Part shown: positions 33,077 through 43,206 of the stretch, piece after piece
Numbering within the stretch: the first letter of the stretch is position 1
How the letters are laid out: each line of letters begins with the position of its first letter
IMG/VR virus record: IMGVR_UViG_3300028833_000066
Source of the DNA: a virus
Lineage: Duplodnaviria > Caudoviricetes
Length of the DNA: 64,000 nucleotides
Reading direction: 5' to 3' (one strand)
Notes under the pieces: model-generated
The model's database searches: none
Seen by the model: the letters and a program-made list of their open reading frames with translations, nothing else
What the model was told of the DNA's origin: nothing
Translations under genes and position numbers: made by a program

Positions 33077-33316
33077 TTATTCGCGATAGTCATCATAGAT
33101 TTCAATACTGTAAGGAATAGCCACAACTTCATGTGCGTCTACATCATGAGCACAACATCCTTGAGTAATTTCAATGTCTTCATTGAAAGCAAAGTTTCTT
33201 CCAATAATCAAGGGATGCTTTTGCTTGTGCATAAAATTTACCAATTCTTCAACGGTAGAGAAATTCTTTATTCCCATGTAGTAATCAGAAGAGGTGCGAG
33301 TGAGAACAAATTTCAT
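33077..33316 (-). CDS. Hypothetical early protein
   Basis: Own promoter, RBS and terminator; IEIYDDYRE C-terminus. Confidence 0.7.
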   Translation of the reverse strand: MKFVLTRTSSDYYMGIKNFSTVEELVNFMHKQKHPLIIGRNFAFNEDIEITQGCCAHDVDAHEVVAIPYSIEIYDDYRE

Positions 33317-33478
33317 AATGAATCCTTTCTGGTTTTAAGGACTGTCCTTGTCCTCTTTCATCTTTTATTATATTCATTTTATTTTATTTGTCAATACCTT
33401 TTTGAAAAAATTTTATGCCGGCACGAAAAAAGGGTAGTTTCCTACCCTTATGGTTCAACTTCAATATCATAGGCACTA

Positions 33479-33733
33479 TTAACAAATCTCTTTTTCATTT
33501 TTATACCATTTGTTTGTATCTGCGTAAGAAGGAAGTTTGTCAATATGGGTTATACGATTACAGGCGAGAGGAGGACATTCCATCATTTCATGAGCACGCC
33601 ATTCTGTGATTCGTGTGCCTTGAATGATAGGAGTATCATTTTTGAAATAGATAGTACCTACGCCTGTAACGGTTACGCGAACATAAGAGGGATGTTTTTC
33701 GTAGGCTTCAATTTGCTTGCGGATTTTATTCAT
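33479..33733 (-). CDS. Hypothetical early protein
   Basis: Own promoter and RBS. Confidence 0.6.
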   Translation of the reverse strand: MNKIRKQIEAYEKHPSYVRVTVTGVGTIYFKNDTPIIQGTRITEWRAHEMMECPPLACNRITHIDKLPSYADTNKWYKNEKEIC

Positions 33734-33857
33734 ATGATTGCTCCTTTCGGTTTGTGAGGTTTCCTTCCTCTTTCATCTTCTATTATACTCACTTTATTTT
33801 ATTTGTCAATACCTTTTTTGAAATTTTTGCCGGCGTAAAAAGGGCAGTTTTCTACCC

Positions 33858-34010
33858 TTACAGAATCACCATTTCACCATTCTGGTCTTTAACGCACTGG
33901 ATAAAGGCACCCGCCATGATGAGTTCATTCTGACGCTTGCGTGCTTCTTCAATGGTTGCGGCACGAGCAAAGTCCATGCGGTTATTGAGAATATAATAGA
34001 TTGTGTACAT
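33858..34010 (-). CDS. Small early protein (50 aa)
   Basis: AAGGAG RBS; MYTIYYILNNRMDF... Confidence 0.55.
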   Translation of the reverse strand: MYTIYYILNNRMDFARAATIEEARKRQNELIMAGAFIQCVKDQNGEMVIL

Positions 34011-34037
34011 TTTTTATTTCTCCTTTCTAACAACTGA

Positions 34038-34247
34038 TTAGAAACCTAAGATAAATGAAAGTTTTAAGGGAAAAGAAGTATTACAATCTGGACACTTGAT
34101 ATAATAATCAATATGATTGCGTGTATCTTTTTTCCAATGAATTTGCGGATCATCTGCGGTAAATTCAAAGACACACCCACACGCACATTTGATTGTGCAA
34201 ATTTTGACAAGATTATTTTGTTTTTTACCATGCTGAAGGATTTTCAT
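34038..34247 (-). CDS. Zinc-ribbon protein
   Basis: CACGC..CPDC. Confidence 0.65.
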   Translation of the reverse strand: MKILQHGKKQNNLVKICTIKCACGCVFEFTADDPQIHWKKDTRNHIDYYIKCPDCNTSFPLKLSFILGF

Positions 34248-34270
34248 TTTATTTCTCCTTTCTGATTAGG

Positions 34271-34489
34271 TTAATCGCCAACGATTGCTTCTGTCAAATC
34301 CATCCAATCATCATAACGTTCAAGAATCTTAACGTCTGTGGGTTCAAATACGCCTCCGCAACAACCACAAATTACGTTCGTGATAGTTTCACCATCGCCA
34401 CCAATGATAGCAATGCCACCGAAGATGTTGGTTTCACCTTCATTGATGAAGTCAGGATTGATGACTTCAAATTTTACTTGCTGATACAT
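34271..34489 (-). CDS. Hypothetical early protein
   Basis: VICGCCGGVFE; own promoter. Confidence 0.7.
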   Translation of the reverse strand: MYQQVKFEVINPDFINEGETNIFGGIAIIGGDGETITNVICGCCGGVFEPTDVKILERYDDWMDLTEAIVGD

Positions 34490-34622
34490 ATGTACATTCC
34501 TTTCTGGTTTAGAGTTTTCCTTCTCTTGATTACAATTAGATTATACCATAAATTTTAAGAATGTCAAGTGTTTTTTTGAAAAATGTGCCGGCCAAAGAGT
34601 TAGATAAATCTAACTCTTTTTA

Positions 34623-34904
34623 TTATAGCAATGCGGCAATAGCATTATCTACCGCTTCTTTATATCTTTCACCCAGACGAGCCGCTACAGCCTTGATAAG
34701 TTTGAGCGAAGTTGCGGGGTCGCTGAGAAAAGTTTCAATGGCATAGTCATCGCTATAATATACATGAAGATCTTCATGAAGATTACGCAAGAATTTACTG
34801 TCCCACGGGTTATAAATATCATTCTGTTCAAGCAAGTTCTCAACAATAGTGTCAATGTCGTCAGGCGTGATGGTCAGGGTGACAGTCTTGGTGATATTTT
34901 CCAT
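34623..34904 (-). CDS. Hypothetical early protein
   Basis: Own promoter and RBS. Confidence 0.65.
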   Translation of the reverse strand: MENITKTVTLTITPDDIDTIVENLLEQNDIYNPWDSKFLRNLHEDLHVYYSDDYAIETFLSDPATSLKLIKAVAARLGERYKEAVDNAIAALL

Positions 34905-35077
34905 TGTTTTGTCCTTTCTGGTGTTAAGGATTTTCCTTTCCTTTTTACAAGTAAATTATACCACAGATTAGAAAAAAGTCAAGAGTTTTTTGAGTTAGCG
35001 GCAACTAAATTTTATGCCGGCCAAGTTAGTCATAACTAACTTGCGGCAAAAAGAAAAGAGGGCCGAAGCCCTCTGCC

Positions 35078-35413
35078 TCACGCGAGGCGGTAGGTGTTGG
35101 GCTTGCCCTCAATCTTGACGATGCGATCAGCCCAGTTGTGGGTCAGACCGTACTGGATCTTACCCTTGGTGAAACCCTCAGGCAGATTAGCCTCAACCTG
35201 CTCGAAGATCTCCGCCACGGTCAGCGGGGCAGTCGTGAGGGCGAAGACACCGCGGACGATGTCCCACGCGGTCTCATAGCCCGCGTCCTTCTCGGCCTTG
35301 GCGACTGCACCCTTATTCAGTTCGGCTTCGAGTTCGGTCTTGATTTCGTCAATATTGGTCACGGTCTCACCATTGAGGAAGGAAACGAGAGACTTGATGG
35401 TGGCAATACGCAT
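35078..35413 (-). CDS. Winged-HTH-like early protein, paralog A1
   Basis: LTVAEIFE..FTKGKIQYGLTHNWADRIVKIEGKPNTY. Confidence 0.75.
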   Translation of the reverse strand: MRIATIKSLVSFLNGETVTNIDEIKTELEAELNKGAVAKAEKDAGYETAWDIVRGVFALTTAPLTVAEIFEQVEANLPEGFTKGKIQYGLTHNWADRIVKIEGKPNTYRLA

Positions 35414-35620
35414 AGTAGATACCCTTTCTGGTTTTTGAGACTGTCCTTGTCTTTTCATTTATATTCTACCACATTTCGTGGAGAATGTCAAGCATTTTTT
35501 AGGAAGTTGCGGAAGGTTTAACAGTCCCAATTACGCATTACCGCCCAACTAATGCCACCGCTTACATCCTTATTATAGCACAGGATTTGCTGTTTGTCAA
35601 GGGCTTTTTGAAGATTTTTT

Positions 35621-35775
35621 GTTTCAAGGTTTGCTACTTGTGGGCTCGAACTACTCTTACGCCATTTCCAATTACCAACCGAAGGAGTAGCAGAGAGAGG
35701 AGAACCAAGTTGAACGGTATTGTAGGTTTGACTGGGCGTCACCATCACCAGATGGAGCACTCTCTCCCTTGGAAC
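35621..35775 (-). ncRNA. Candidate small RNA with paired ends
   Basis: Promoter 35782-35809; 5' GUUCCAAGG pairs with 3' CCUUGAAAC; no convincing ORF. Confidence 0.4.
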
Positions 35776-35884
35776 AATTATATTATATCATAATTTGCCA
35801 GAAAGTCAATTACAAAAGTGTTAAGATTTTATTACAATTATATTAACAGGCCGGCTCAGTTAGATACAACTAACATAAGAGCAA

Positions 35885-35991
35885 AGAGAAGGGGAGGAAT
35901 CGAACCTCCCTTGGTTTACCACAACCTACGGCGAATCGAACGCCCTACGACACCTTTCGGGTATCTGCTGTTACCAGTGAGCCACTTCTCT
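35885..35991 (-). ncRNA. tRNA-like RNA with acceptor stem, D-like arm and two T-loops, but no canonical anticodon arm
   Basis: AGAGAAG/CTTCTCT stem; TGGCTCACTGGTAACAGC; GGCG-TTCGATT-CGCC; GGGAGG-TTCGATT-CCTCCC; promoter at 36150-36177. Confidence 0.65.
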
Positions 35992-36238
35992 TTTAATTGT
36001 GAAGAATTTTGGCTGTCCCTCGGGTGCCTTGTATCATTCTTCACAGTTCCGTATAGGGACTTGCAAGTGAGGTTGTCTGTGAGGATGCCTTACCCCGAAT
36101 GACTTATCAGGGGCCTCGTTCCGTTTTCCTCTCCCCTTGGAACAATTACATTATACCGCAATTTTGAGAATTGTCAAGTGGTTTTGAAAAAAAAGATTGC
36201 TAAGTTTTTAACAACCCGTGACCGGCAAAAAAGTTAGA

Positions 36239-36454
36239 TTACTCTAACTCTTCTTCTTCCTCTTTATAATATTTTTGATTGTCCTCAAAGCACTCTTTTG
36301 CGAAAAAGCAAATACCATGATGGTTGAGATAACAATGGGCACAATGATGATTATTTTGGATACATTTAGCAAGGTATTCATTTAATACTTTTATTGTTAA
36401 TTCCTCTTTATATATGGCTTCGATTTGTCGCTGTAACTGTTTTTCATTCATCAT
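36239..36454 (-). CDS. Small Cys/His-rich protein
   Basis: CAHCYLNHHGICFFAKEC. Confidence 0.55.
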   Translation of the reverse strand: MMNEKQLQRQIEAIYKEELTIKVLNEYLAKCIQNNHHCAHCYLNHHGICFFAKECFEDNQKYYKEEEEELE

Positions 36455-36728
36455 CACTATTATCCTCCATCGTATCTTCATATCCGTATACATCGCCTGC
36501 CCACCGAATTTCATCTTCTGCAAAATCCGTAGGGGCATCGGGGTCAACATCATCTGCGGCGAGCCAATCTTCCCAACTCTCCCAGAATGCACCCCAGTCA
36601 TCGCAATCTTCCATCGGGTCATCAATGTGACAAATACCCATCTGGTCGCAGTAGGGGCAATCGCCATAGGCATTCACGGGGCAGTAGGTATAGTCGCCAT
36701 TGTAGGTTCCCTTTTTCACATCACGCAT
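36444..36728 (-). CDS. Acidic Cys-rich protein
   Basis: CPVNAYGDCPYCD..CHIDDPMEDCDD; GGAGG RBS. Confidence 0.65.
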   Translation of the reverse strand: MRDVKKGTYNGDYTYCPVNAYGDCPYCDQMGICHIDDPMEDCDDWGAFWESWEDWLAADDVDPDAPTDFAEDEIRWAGDVYGYEDTMEDNSDDE

Positions 36729-36903
36729 TTTTCTTTTCCTCCATTTTCATTTTATGATTTCTCCAAATTTTAGCATAGAAGACTACTTTTTCAGGATATT
36801 GTATTTTTGAAAAACCTTCACAAACCTGATAGAAAGTATCAACATAGATAGCATGGCAATGCTTACAGAGAAACTTGATGATCGTATTTATAATGGTGGT
36901 CAT
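36721..36903 (-). CDS. Hypothetical early protein
   Basis: AAGGAGG RBS; promoter 36926-36954. Confidence 0.55.
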   Translation of the reverse strand: MTTIINTIIKFLCKHCHAIYVDTFYQVCEGFSKIQYPEKVVFYAKIWRNHKMKMEEKKNA

Positions 36904-37094
36904 TGTTCTTCCTCCTTTACGCTCTCATTATAGCATTGTTTATACCATTTGTCAAGAGTTTTTCTTGCGGTTTTACGAAGTTTTTTCTTTAAGCGACGAC
37001 GTGCGGGAGTGCTTTGATCTATCCATTGACGACACCCTGTATTCAAATCCCAAGCTGCAAGTTCATCATGATATTTATGCTCGTTCTTACGCAT
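36900..37094 (-). CDS. Basic hypothetical protein
   Basis: AAGGAGG RBS; promoter 37117-37146. Confidence 0.55.
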   Translation of the reverse strand: MRKNEHKYHDELAAWDLNTGCRQWIDQSTPARRRLKKKLRKTARKTLDKWYKQCYNESVKEEEQ

Positions 37095-37168
37095 TTATTA
37101 TCCCTCCTTACATGCCTATTATAGCATACATAGGAAAGTTAGTCAAGCCTAATTTTTTCGCCGGCACC

Positions 37169-37444
37169 TTAACGGCTATAATTAAGGATGTCACGACCTT
37201 CCTTAAAGTCATAGATAGAAATCATAGTGCAGTCTTTGTCATATAGATAGATAGCGGCGGCTTGAAGTAAAGCAATAATATCGTCACCGCATTCACTCTT
37301 ACCGTTCTGGCCGTATACCGTAATCATTTGATACCGATGCTTCTTATCACGAAGCTGCTGACGCAAAGAATCATTTTCAAGACGTAACTGGTCAAGTTCC
37401 TCTTCCAATTCGCTAATACGCAGGCTCATTTCAAATTCATCCAT
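37169..37444 (-). CDS. Coiled-coil early protein
   Basis: Own promoter and RBS. Confidence 0.65.
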   Translation of the reverse strand: MDEFEMSLRISELEEELDQLRLENDSLRQQLRDKKHRYQMITVYGQNGKSECGDDIIALLQAAAIYLYDKDCTMISIYDFKEGRDILNYSR

Positions 37445-37542
37445 CGTGATTCCTCCTTAGTTATTTCTTCTTACAGTTTGATTATATCATAAAGTAGACA
37501 GTTAGTCAAGACTAATTTTCTTGCCGGCGGCAAATGGGAACA

Positions 37543-37746
37543 TTAGTTCCCATTCGCACGACTGACAGAAAGGTCTACCAGTTCATAAGAACGCTCAATA
37601 TCAAACCGACAGCCGCATTTATCACAACGACATGACCACCACTGTGCGGCACCATCCAGTCCGCTAAAATCATCACCGTAATCTTCAATGGTATAATCTT
37701 CCGAACCACACACGGGGCAAGCCTCTTTGTCAAAATTTTTACGCAT
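37543..37746 (-). CDS. Zinc-ribbon protein
   Basis: CPVC...CDKC. Confidence 0.65.
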   Translation of the reverse strand: MRKNFDKEACPVCGSEDYTIEDYGDDFSGLDGAAQWWSCRCDKCGCRFDIERSYELVDLSVSRANGN

Positions 37747-38131
37747 TTTCCTGTGCCTCCTTTTCCTTTTCCTTGGCTTCACGCTTAGCCTTGTCGCGGG
37801 CGATCTTCTCTTCCTTTGCCTTGACCTTTTCGGCTTTCTCAGCCTGCTTGGTGTTGTAAGCATTGATTTCGTTCTGCATCAGTTCGCGGGCAGTCATGTC
37901 TTCGCGTTCCTCTGCTACGATGACGCCTACGCGGCAATAGCGTTCGACGCCATTTTTATCGGTCAGAATGCAACCCCACTGTCTATCATTGATTCTGCGA
38001 TACTCTGCATTATCTGTCCAAAAGGCATTGGGTTTAACACCATTAACAGAAGCAGAGTCCAGGTCAAAAATTTCAGTGAAGATACGGTCACGGAGGTCAG
38101 CATCAACAACAGTCTTCGCAATCTTCGCCAT
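37739..38131 (-). CDS. Early protein with Lys/Ala/Glu-rich tail, paralog B1
   Basis: KAEKVKAKEEKIARDKAKR; similar to 44245-44619. Confidence 0.7.
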   Translation of the reverse strand: MAKIAKTVVDADLRDRIFTEIFDLDSASVNGVKPNAFWTDNAEYRRINDRQWGCILTDKNGVERYCRVGVIVAEEREDMTARELMQNEINAYNTKQAEKAEKVKAKEEKIARDKAKREAKEKEKEAQENA

Positions 38132-38435
38132 AGAGATTCTCCTTTCGGTTTGTAGGGTGTCCTTCCCTTGATTACAGTTAGATTATATCACACATTTTGA
38201 TTATTGTCAAGAGATTTTTCAGAAGTTTCTGAAAATTTTTGTGTCCTCTCCGCATAAGCCAACCCTCTGGGGTGCTTATGCACGTGCGTTTCTTTACCGC
38301 CCCACCGAAGATTTCTTCGGGATGGTCGTCACATCCTCTTGACATTATTGATTATACCTGATGCCAAGACTTTTGTCAAGTAGTTTGTGCGATTTTCTTT
38401 TGTTAAGTTTTTCACAAGCGGGGCCGGCATAATAG

Positions 38436-38888
38436 TTAGTTATGACTAAACAACTGTGCTTCAAAGTCACGGGCAAGTTTGCGGTGTTCATAGGTGGCAA
38501 GCCAATTAATAGCCCATTCAGTGGCTATATATTCAGAAGGAATGTCAAAGTATACACTGAAAGCCGCGTCACGCTTAATCTCGTCATCCTCAATCCAATC
38601 AATTTCTTTGCGGGTTGCCCAATGTCCTAACTCGTGGAGGATAGCAAGAGTAATGTCAGAGAAATTATTTGCGAGAGGACAACGATTGACAAAATCTTCA
38701 CGAAATGCAACGTCCTCTTCTTCGGGTATGTAATTAATAACAGAGGGCACAAGCAAACGCGGGTTTGGCTTGTTATTAATATCCATTCCCCAATTATTGC
38801 TCATTCGCTTGCGTGCGATTGTTACGCGGTCGCCAATGGCCTTGCTTGCAAACTCGCGGATTAATTGAATCTGCATCATCTTTATCAC
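38436..38888 (-). CDS. HExxH metallopeptidase-like protein
   Basis: ILHELGHW...E..A..WA. Confidence 0.65.
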   Translation of the reverse strand: MIKMMQIQLIREFASKAIGDRVTIARKRMSNNWGMDINNKPNPRLLVPSVINYIPEEEDVAFREDFVNRCPLANNFSDITLAILHELGHWATRKEIDWIEDDEIKRDAAFSVYFDIPSEYIATEWAINWLATYEHRKLARDFEAQLFSHN

Positions 38889-38953
38889 TCCTTACACCCG
38901 TATTATATCACGCACAATAGAGTTAGTCAAGTATAACTTTGCCGGCGGCTGTC

Positions 38954-39205
38954 TCAACCCGCATAGAGTTGAGACAGAAAGTAGAGGTTGAGGACAATGC
39001 TGGAAAAATGAAGCAAGAAGTCATTTACATGGCGGTTCTGGTTAGTAAAGTCCTTAAAGATACCAATAAGAGCAATGCCAAGGCCGAACCAAGCAGAGCC
39101 GAAACCGCAAGTGATGATGAGAACAACATTGAGAACCATGCCCGCAGCACGCAAGTCCTGCCATTCAAGTTTATAAGGGGCATAAAGATTAAAGAACTTA
39201 CGCAT
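38954..39205 (-). CDS. Small membrane protein
   Basis: Hydrophobic segments; own promoter. Confidence 0.6.
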   Translation of the reverse strand: MRKFFNLYAPYKLEWQDLRAAGMVLNVVLIITCGFGSAWFGLGIALIGIFKDFTNQNRHVNDFLLHFSSIVLNLYFLSQLYAG

Positions 39206-39519
39206 CTGGATTTCCCCTTCCCTTTTGTTCATCTATATTATATACTAATTTTTGATTTTTGTCAAGAGTCAATTTTGAAGTCCGCCACTCAATCGGGGCT
39301 ACCCGCTCATCCTCTTGCAGTGGGGTTCTCTTCCTCTTGACATCTTGATTATAGCATATAATGTGAGGTTAGTCAAGCCTAATTTTTATGCCGGCGACAG
39401 TTAGTTATGACTAAATAACTATTATGATAAAAAAAGAAAACCACCCCGAAGGGTGGCAAGGATGGGTTATTTCTCACCAATTACGCGACGCCAGAGATAG
39501 TGGCAACCTTGCGGGAGGC

Positions 39520-39852
39520 TTACGCCTTCCGATAGGCGTTGACCTTACCCTCAACCTTGACGACCTCGCCCGCCCACTGGTGGGTCAGAGCGTAGGACAG
39601 CTTGGACTTGGTGAAGTCCTCGGGAACCTCACCCTCGATGGCTTCCCACAGTTCAGCCACAGTCAGCGGAGCCTCAGTCAGCCCAAACTGAGCGAACACG
39701 ATGGGCTTAGCGGCTTCGTAGATTGCGGCCTTAGCAACCTTTACCGCATCGCCGCGATGAATTTCGCGGTTCAGTTCGTCCATAACCTCGGCGTTGTCGT
39801 AGTTGTAGTTGGTCAGAGCAGTGTAGATGGCATTCAGAGTAGCATTCTTCAT
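39520..39852 (-). CDS. Winged-HTH-like early protein, paralog A2
   Basis: LTVAELWE..FTKSKLSYALTHQWAGEVVKVEGKVNAY. Confidence 0.75.
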   Translation of the reverse strand: MKNATLNAIYTALTNYNYDNAEVMDELNREIHRGDAVKVAKAAIYEAAKPIVFAQFGLTEAPLTVAELWEAIEGEVPEDFTKSKLSYALTHQWAGEVVKVEGKVNAYRKA

Positions 39853-40334
39853 AGGGCAATTTCCTTTCTGGTTTTTAAGTGTTTTCCTTCACTTGATGTC
39901 TTTATTATATCATGGATTTGGGAGTTTGTCAAGGGGTTTCGCAAACTTTTTTCGCCCATTATGTTTGCTGGTGGCCAAATGTTTCTGTTTCCATGCGTTT
40001 TGTCTCTGTTGACTTTCGGCAACCACCTTGACTTGTCAGTGTGACTCCCTCACCTGACAATATTAATTATACTCTAATTTTGATTTTTGTCAAGCATTTT
40101 TTGAAAATTTCTTTGATAAATTTTTGACAATTGATGGTTATGTAGTCATAACTAACCGCCGCGCCGGCACGAAAAAAGGGTAATTAGATACCCTTCTTTA
40201 CAGAATCCTACACCAGAAAGCCGCGAGAAGAAGCCCCAAAAAGTAGTGAAGAATTATAGGTTTATCATCTTTGCGGCAAGCATTAGCGGTATATACTATC
40301 CAGACAAGAGTAAGCACGATGGCAATTGCAATTT

Positions 40335-40778
40335 TCATTTTATTACTCCTTTCAGTACGCGGATGATTTCGTTAGGGGTGAAAGCGCCATCGCCCCATGC
40401 CTTGCGGTTCGGTTCCTCATCATCGAATAGGATGCCACCACCGCAAGCGGTGCGCTTGTCAGTACCATAGCGGACAATCTTGATTTCGTCCCATTCCACA
40501 GAAGGCAGATGCTTATGAAGCCATACCATTTTAGCAAGGGCAATCTCGCCATTGTAGAGATCAGAGCCACCACGGGAAGTCCACGAGATGATACCGATTT
40601 CATAACCATTCGCCTGTACCCTGTGAAGAAGCCGAGCGAGATATGCCATATTCACAAGGGGCTTCGCGATGTCGTAGGGACGAGTATCTTCATTGATAAG
40701 ATTTTCAAGCCACCCTTCCACGCCGTAGAGGTCAGCAATCGTTCCGTCCATGTCGAACCAAATAGTCATTTCTGACAC
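40335..40778 (-). CDS. HAD-superfamily 5'(3')-nucleotidase-like protein, paralog C1
   Basis: IWFDMDGTIADLY...ILFDDE. Confidence 0.8.
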   Translation of the reverse strand: MSEMTIWFDMDGTIADLYGVEGWLENLINEDTRPYDIAKPLVNMAYLARLLHRVQANGYEIGIISWTSRGGSDLYNGEIALAKMVWLHKHLPSVEWDEIKIVRYGTDKRTACGGGILFDDEEPNRKAWGDGAFTPNEIIRVLKGVIK

Positions 40779-41059
40779 CTTCCTTTCTTGGTGTAATTAT
40801 ATTATACTCTATTTTTAGATTTTGTCAAGGGGTTTTAAGAAAGAATTTTGATTACGCATCTTTCTTCTTTCCGAACGTGGGCAATTTGATAAAGCCAAAT
40901 GCGAATAATTTGACTCAATTTCAGTTCGCGGATTGTCTGCTGTCCTTTGCAATTACGGAGATAAACTTTCATTCTTGGCACCTTCCTTTCATCCTTATTA
41001 TATCATATTGGTAGTAGTTAGTCAAGCCTAACTTTTCTGCCGGCGCCGAGGCGGCAGGC

Positions 41060-41776
41060 TCAAAGAGCCCACCGCTGTTCGATGTCATCGGGTTCAAGTT
41101 CTGCTTCGCGTTCCATTGCCTTGTGCATCCGCACGCACGCCGCGAAAATTTGTGCTTCAATCTGTACATCTTCAAGACCAGTGTGTGATTCAGTGAAGTT
41201 ATTGTCGCCAGTGAGGAATCGCCACAGAATTTCGGCGGTCTTGCGAACCTGCGGGACCTTATGCTTGGTCATATAACCATTTTCCTTGCAGAAAGCCACA
41301 TAATCAGCACGCTTGCAAATGGTATCCGTGGCCATCTTCATAGTGTCCCACACAGGCAAACCATAGGGGAAGAAGTACCGCCGCTTGCTCTTGGTCTGAT
41401 ACCGCATAGTGGTGTTCATTGTCCGCACATCAAACCGTGCATTGTGGGCAAGGATAGCCTTAACTTTGTAGTCTTCACAATCTTGCCGAAGCTGACGCCA
41501 AATGCCCCAAGTGTTGCGGACAATACGCTTGCCCTCGCGGATGTCCTGCTTGTACTGCGGGATTTTATCAGCAAAGAATGCTTCATTCATAGCCTGCGGC
41601 ATTTCGTAGAACACATCGCTATTCACGAACGAACGTTCGCAATATACCTTTCCTTCATTATCTACGATAGCCCAACCGCTATCATACACTTGACCGCTCG
41701 TGAGGTCAAGCTGACCCTTCTCATCCTTGGGAGTGTTGCAAGTCTCGCCATCAAACACAAGATACAGTTCCTTCAT
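41060..41776 (-). CDS. DEDDh 3'-5' exonuclease, paralog D1
   Basis: FDGET; AHNARFD; HTGLED. Confidence 0.8.
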   Translation of the reverse strand: MKELYLVFDGETCNTPKDEKGQLDLTSGQVYDSGWAIVDNEGKVYCERSFVNSDVFYEMPQAMNEAFFADKIPQYKQDIREGKRIVRNTWGIWRQLRQDCEDYKVKAILAHNARFDVRTMNTTMRYQTKSKRRYFFPYGLPVWDTMKMATDTICKRADYVAFCKENGYMTKHKVPQVRKTAEILWRFLTGDNNFTESHTGLEDVQIEAQIFAACVRMHKAMEREAELEPDDIEQRWAL

Positions 41777-41887
41777 TTCGTCTTACCCCTTTCATTCGGT
41801 ACAGTCTTATTATACATTAGGGGAGGGGCTTTGTCAAGAGTTTTTTCAAACTTTTTTCAAATTTTCGGCCGGCGAAAAATGCGAAAA

Positions 41888-42412
41888 TTACATTTCCGCA
41901 TCCCACCCGTAGTCAATCACTACGGGCTTGCCCTTGTAATAGCCCACATTGAACTCGTGGAGGTCGCAAATGTTCTCCGTGAGCCAGTCATATTCTTCAT
42001 CGGTCACATAATCGCCCCAATACCGCCATTCGTCACCAACGCCATTGATACGCGGCATAATGGACACGATGCGGCCACCGATCGCCATCACGGTAGTTTT
42101 GGCGAGCAGATAGGCATAACCCGCATCAACCGCACGGGCATAGACTTCCTGCTCGGTAGAGTTATCACCCGCACGGCAACCACCGAAATCATCAAGCCAA
42201 TCTTCCGCGGGAGTAAGGTCAAACTTGATGACATAATCTGCACGCATAATGGCAATACGGGACACGCCGTGAGCATAGTTAAGCGGACGACTATGGGTAG
42301 AATTGTAATCTTTAATAGCTTCTTCAAAATCAGCAAGGGTAGAGCATGCAGAGAACAGGCGGACGAGCAGAGCGGCGAATTTAGCGGCACGAACTTCGTA
42401 AGTGTTCTTCAT
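41888..42412 (-). CDS. Protein-kinase-like protein
   Basis: HGVSRIA..VIKFD..EQEVY...DLHEFNVG..VVIDYG. Confidence 0.7.
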   Translation of the reverse strand: MKNTYEVRAAKFAALLVRLFSACSTLADFEEAIKDYNSTHSRPLNYAHGVSRIAIMRADYVIKFDLTPAEDWLDDFGGCRAGDNSTEQEVYARAVDAGYAYLLAKTTVMAIGGRIVSIMPRINGVGDEWRYWGDYVTDEEYDWLTENICDLHEFNVGYYKGKPVVIDYGWDAEM

Positions 42413-42608
42413 CTTGATGTCCCCTTTCATTCGGTACATCTTGATTATACAATAACGGGGTACAAATGTCAAGGGGTTTTTGAAAAAAAGAGCAAGAAAT
42501 TTTCGTGCCGGCACGATTTTAAAATGCCGGCAGGTTAGTCATAACTAACTAACTATTATGAAAACAAAATAAAATGCCACCCGATAGGGGTGGCATTTCA
42601 GGTGAGCC

Positions 42609-42947
42609 TTACACCTTGAGGGTGTAGGTGTTCACCTTGCCAGTGGTCTTAATCACGCGGTCAGCCCACTGGTGACCGAGGGCATAGGTCAGCTTGCCCT
42701 TGGTGAAGTCAGAACCGACCTTGCCATCAAGGCTGTCAAAGATTTCGGCAACGGTGGCGCCTTCGGTCGCAGTAGCGAGAACCTCACGAACCGCGTTCCA
42801 GTTGTCCGCGTAAACCTGAGCCTTCGCGGCCTTTGCGGCATCACCGCGATGGAGTTCGGCGTTAACCTCAGCGAGAATGGCATCCTTGTTTTCGAAGTCA
42901 ACAGTGGACAGGACAGAAGCGATGGTGGACAGAGTGATGTTCTTCAT
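42609..42947 (-). CDS. Winged-HTH-like early protein, paralog A3
   Basis: ATVAEIFD..FTKGKLTYALGHQWADRVIK. Confidence 0.75.
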   Translation of the reverse strand: MKNITLSTIASVLSTVDFENKDAILAEVNAELHRGDAAKAAKAQVYADNWNAVREVLATATEGATVAEIFDSLDGKVGSDFTKGKLTYALGHQWADRVIKTTGKVNTYTLKV

Positions 42948-43206
42948 ATAGAACCTTCCTTTCTCGTTTGTTTACGCGGTGTCGTTCCGCAATCTTTTTT
43001 TTGTGTTCCTCTTGGAACATCTTTATTGTATCACACCTTGCGGTGTTTGTCAAGAGGTTTTTCAAACTTTTTTTGGGGTGGGCATCCTGCCCTCGGCTTG
43101 CTTTCCCCTCCTGACATATTCTATTATACTCAGATTTTAAATTGTGTCAAGCATTTAAGAGCAAAAAGATTGACAACTTTTTAACAAGCCGCCGGCATAA
43201 TTGGCG

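Noticed and set aside
35885-35991. Canonical or suppressor tRNA (CUA anticodon)
   Set aside because: No 5-bp/7-nt anticodon arm or CTA loop; reported as tRNA-like instead
41261-42538. 425-aa plus-strand ORF and similar shadow ORFs (39424-40044, 43370-44038, 45564-46202, 415-777, 25097-25546)
   Set aside because: They are antisense to genes with clear motifs, promoters and RBSs, cross spacer elements and have no recognisable motifs
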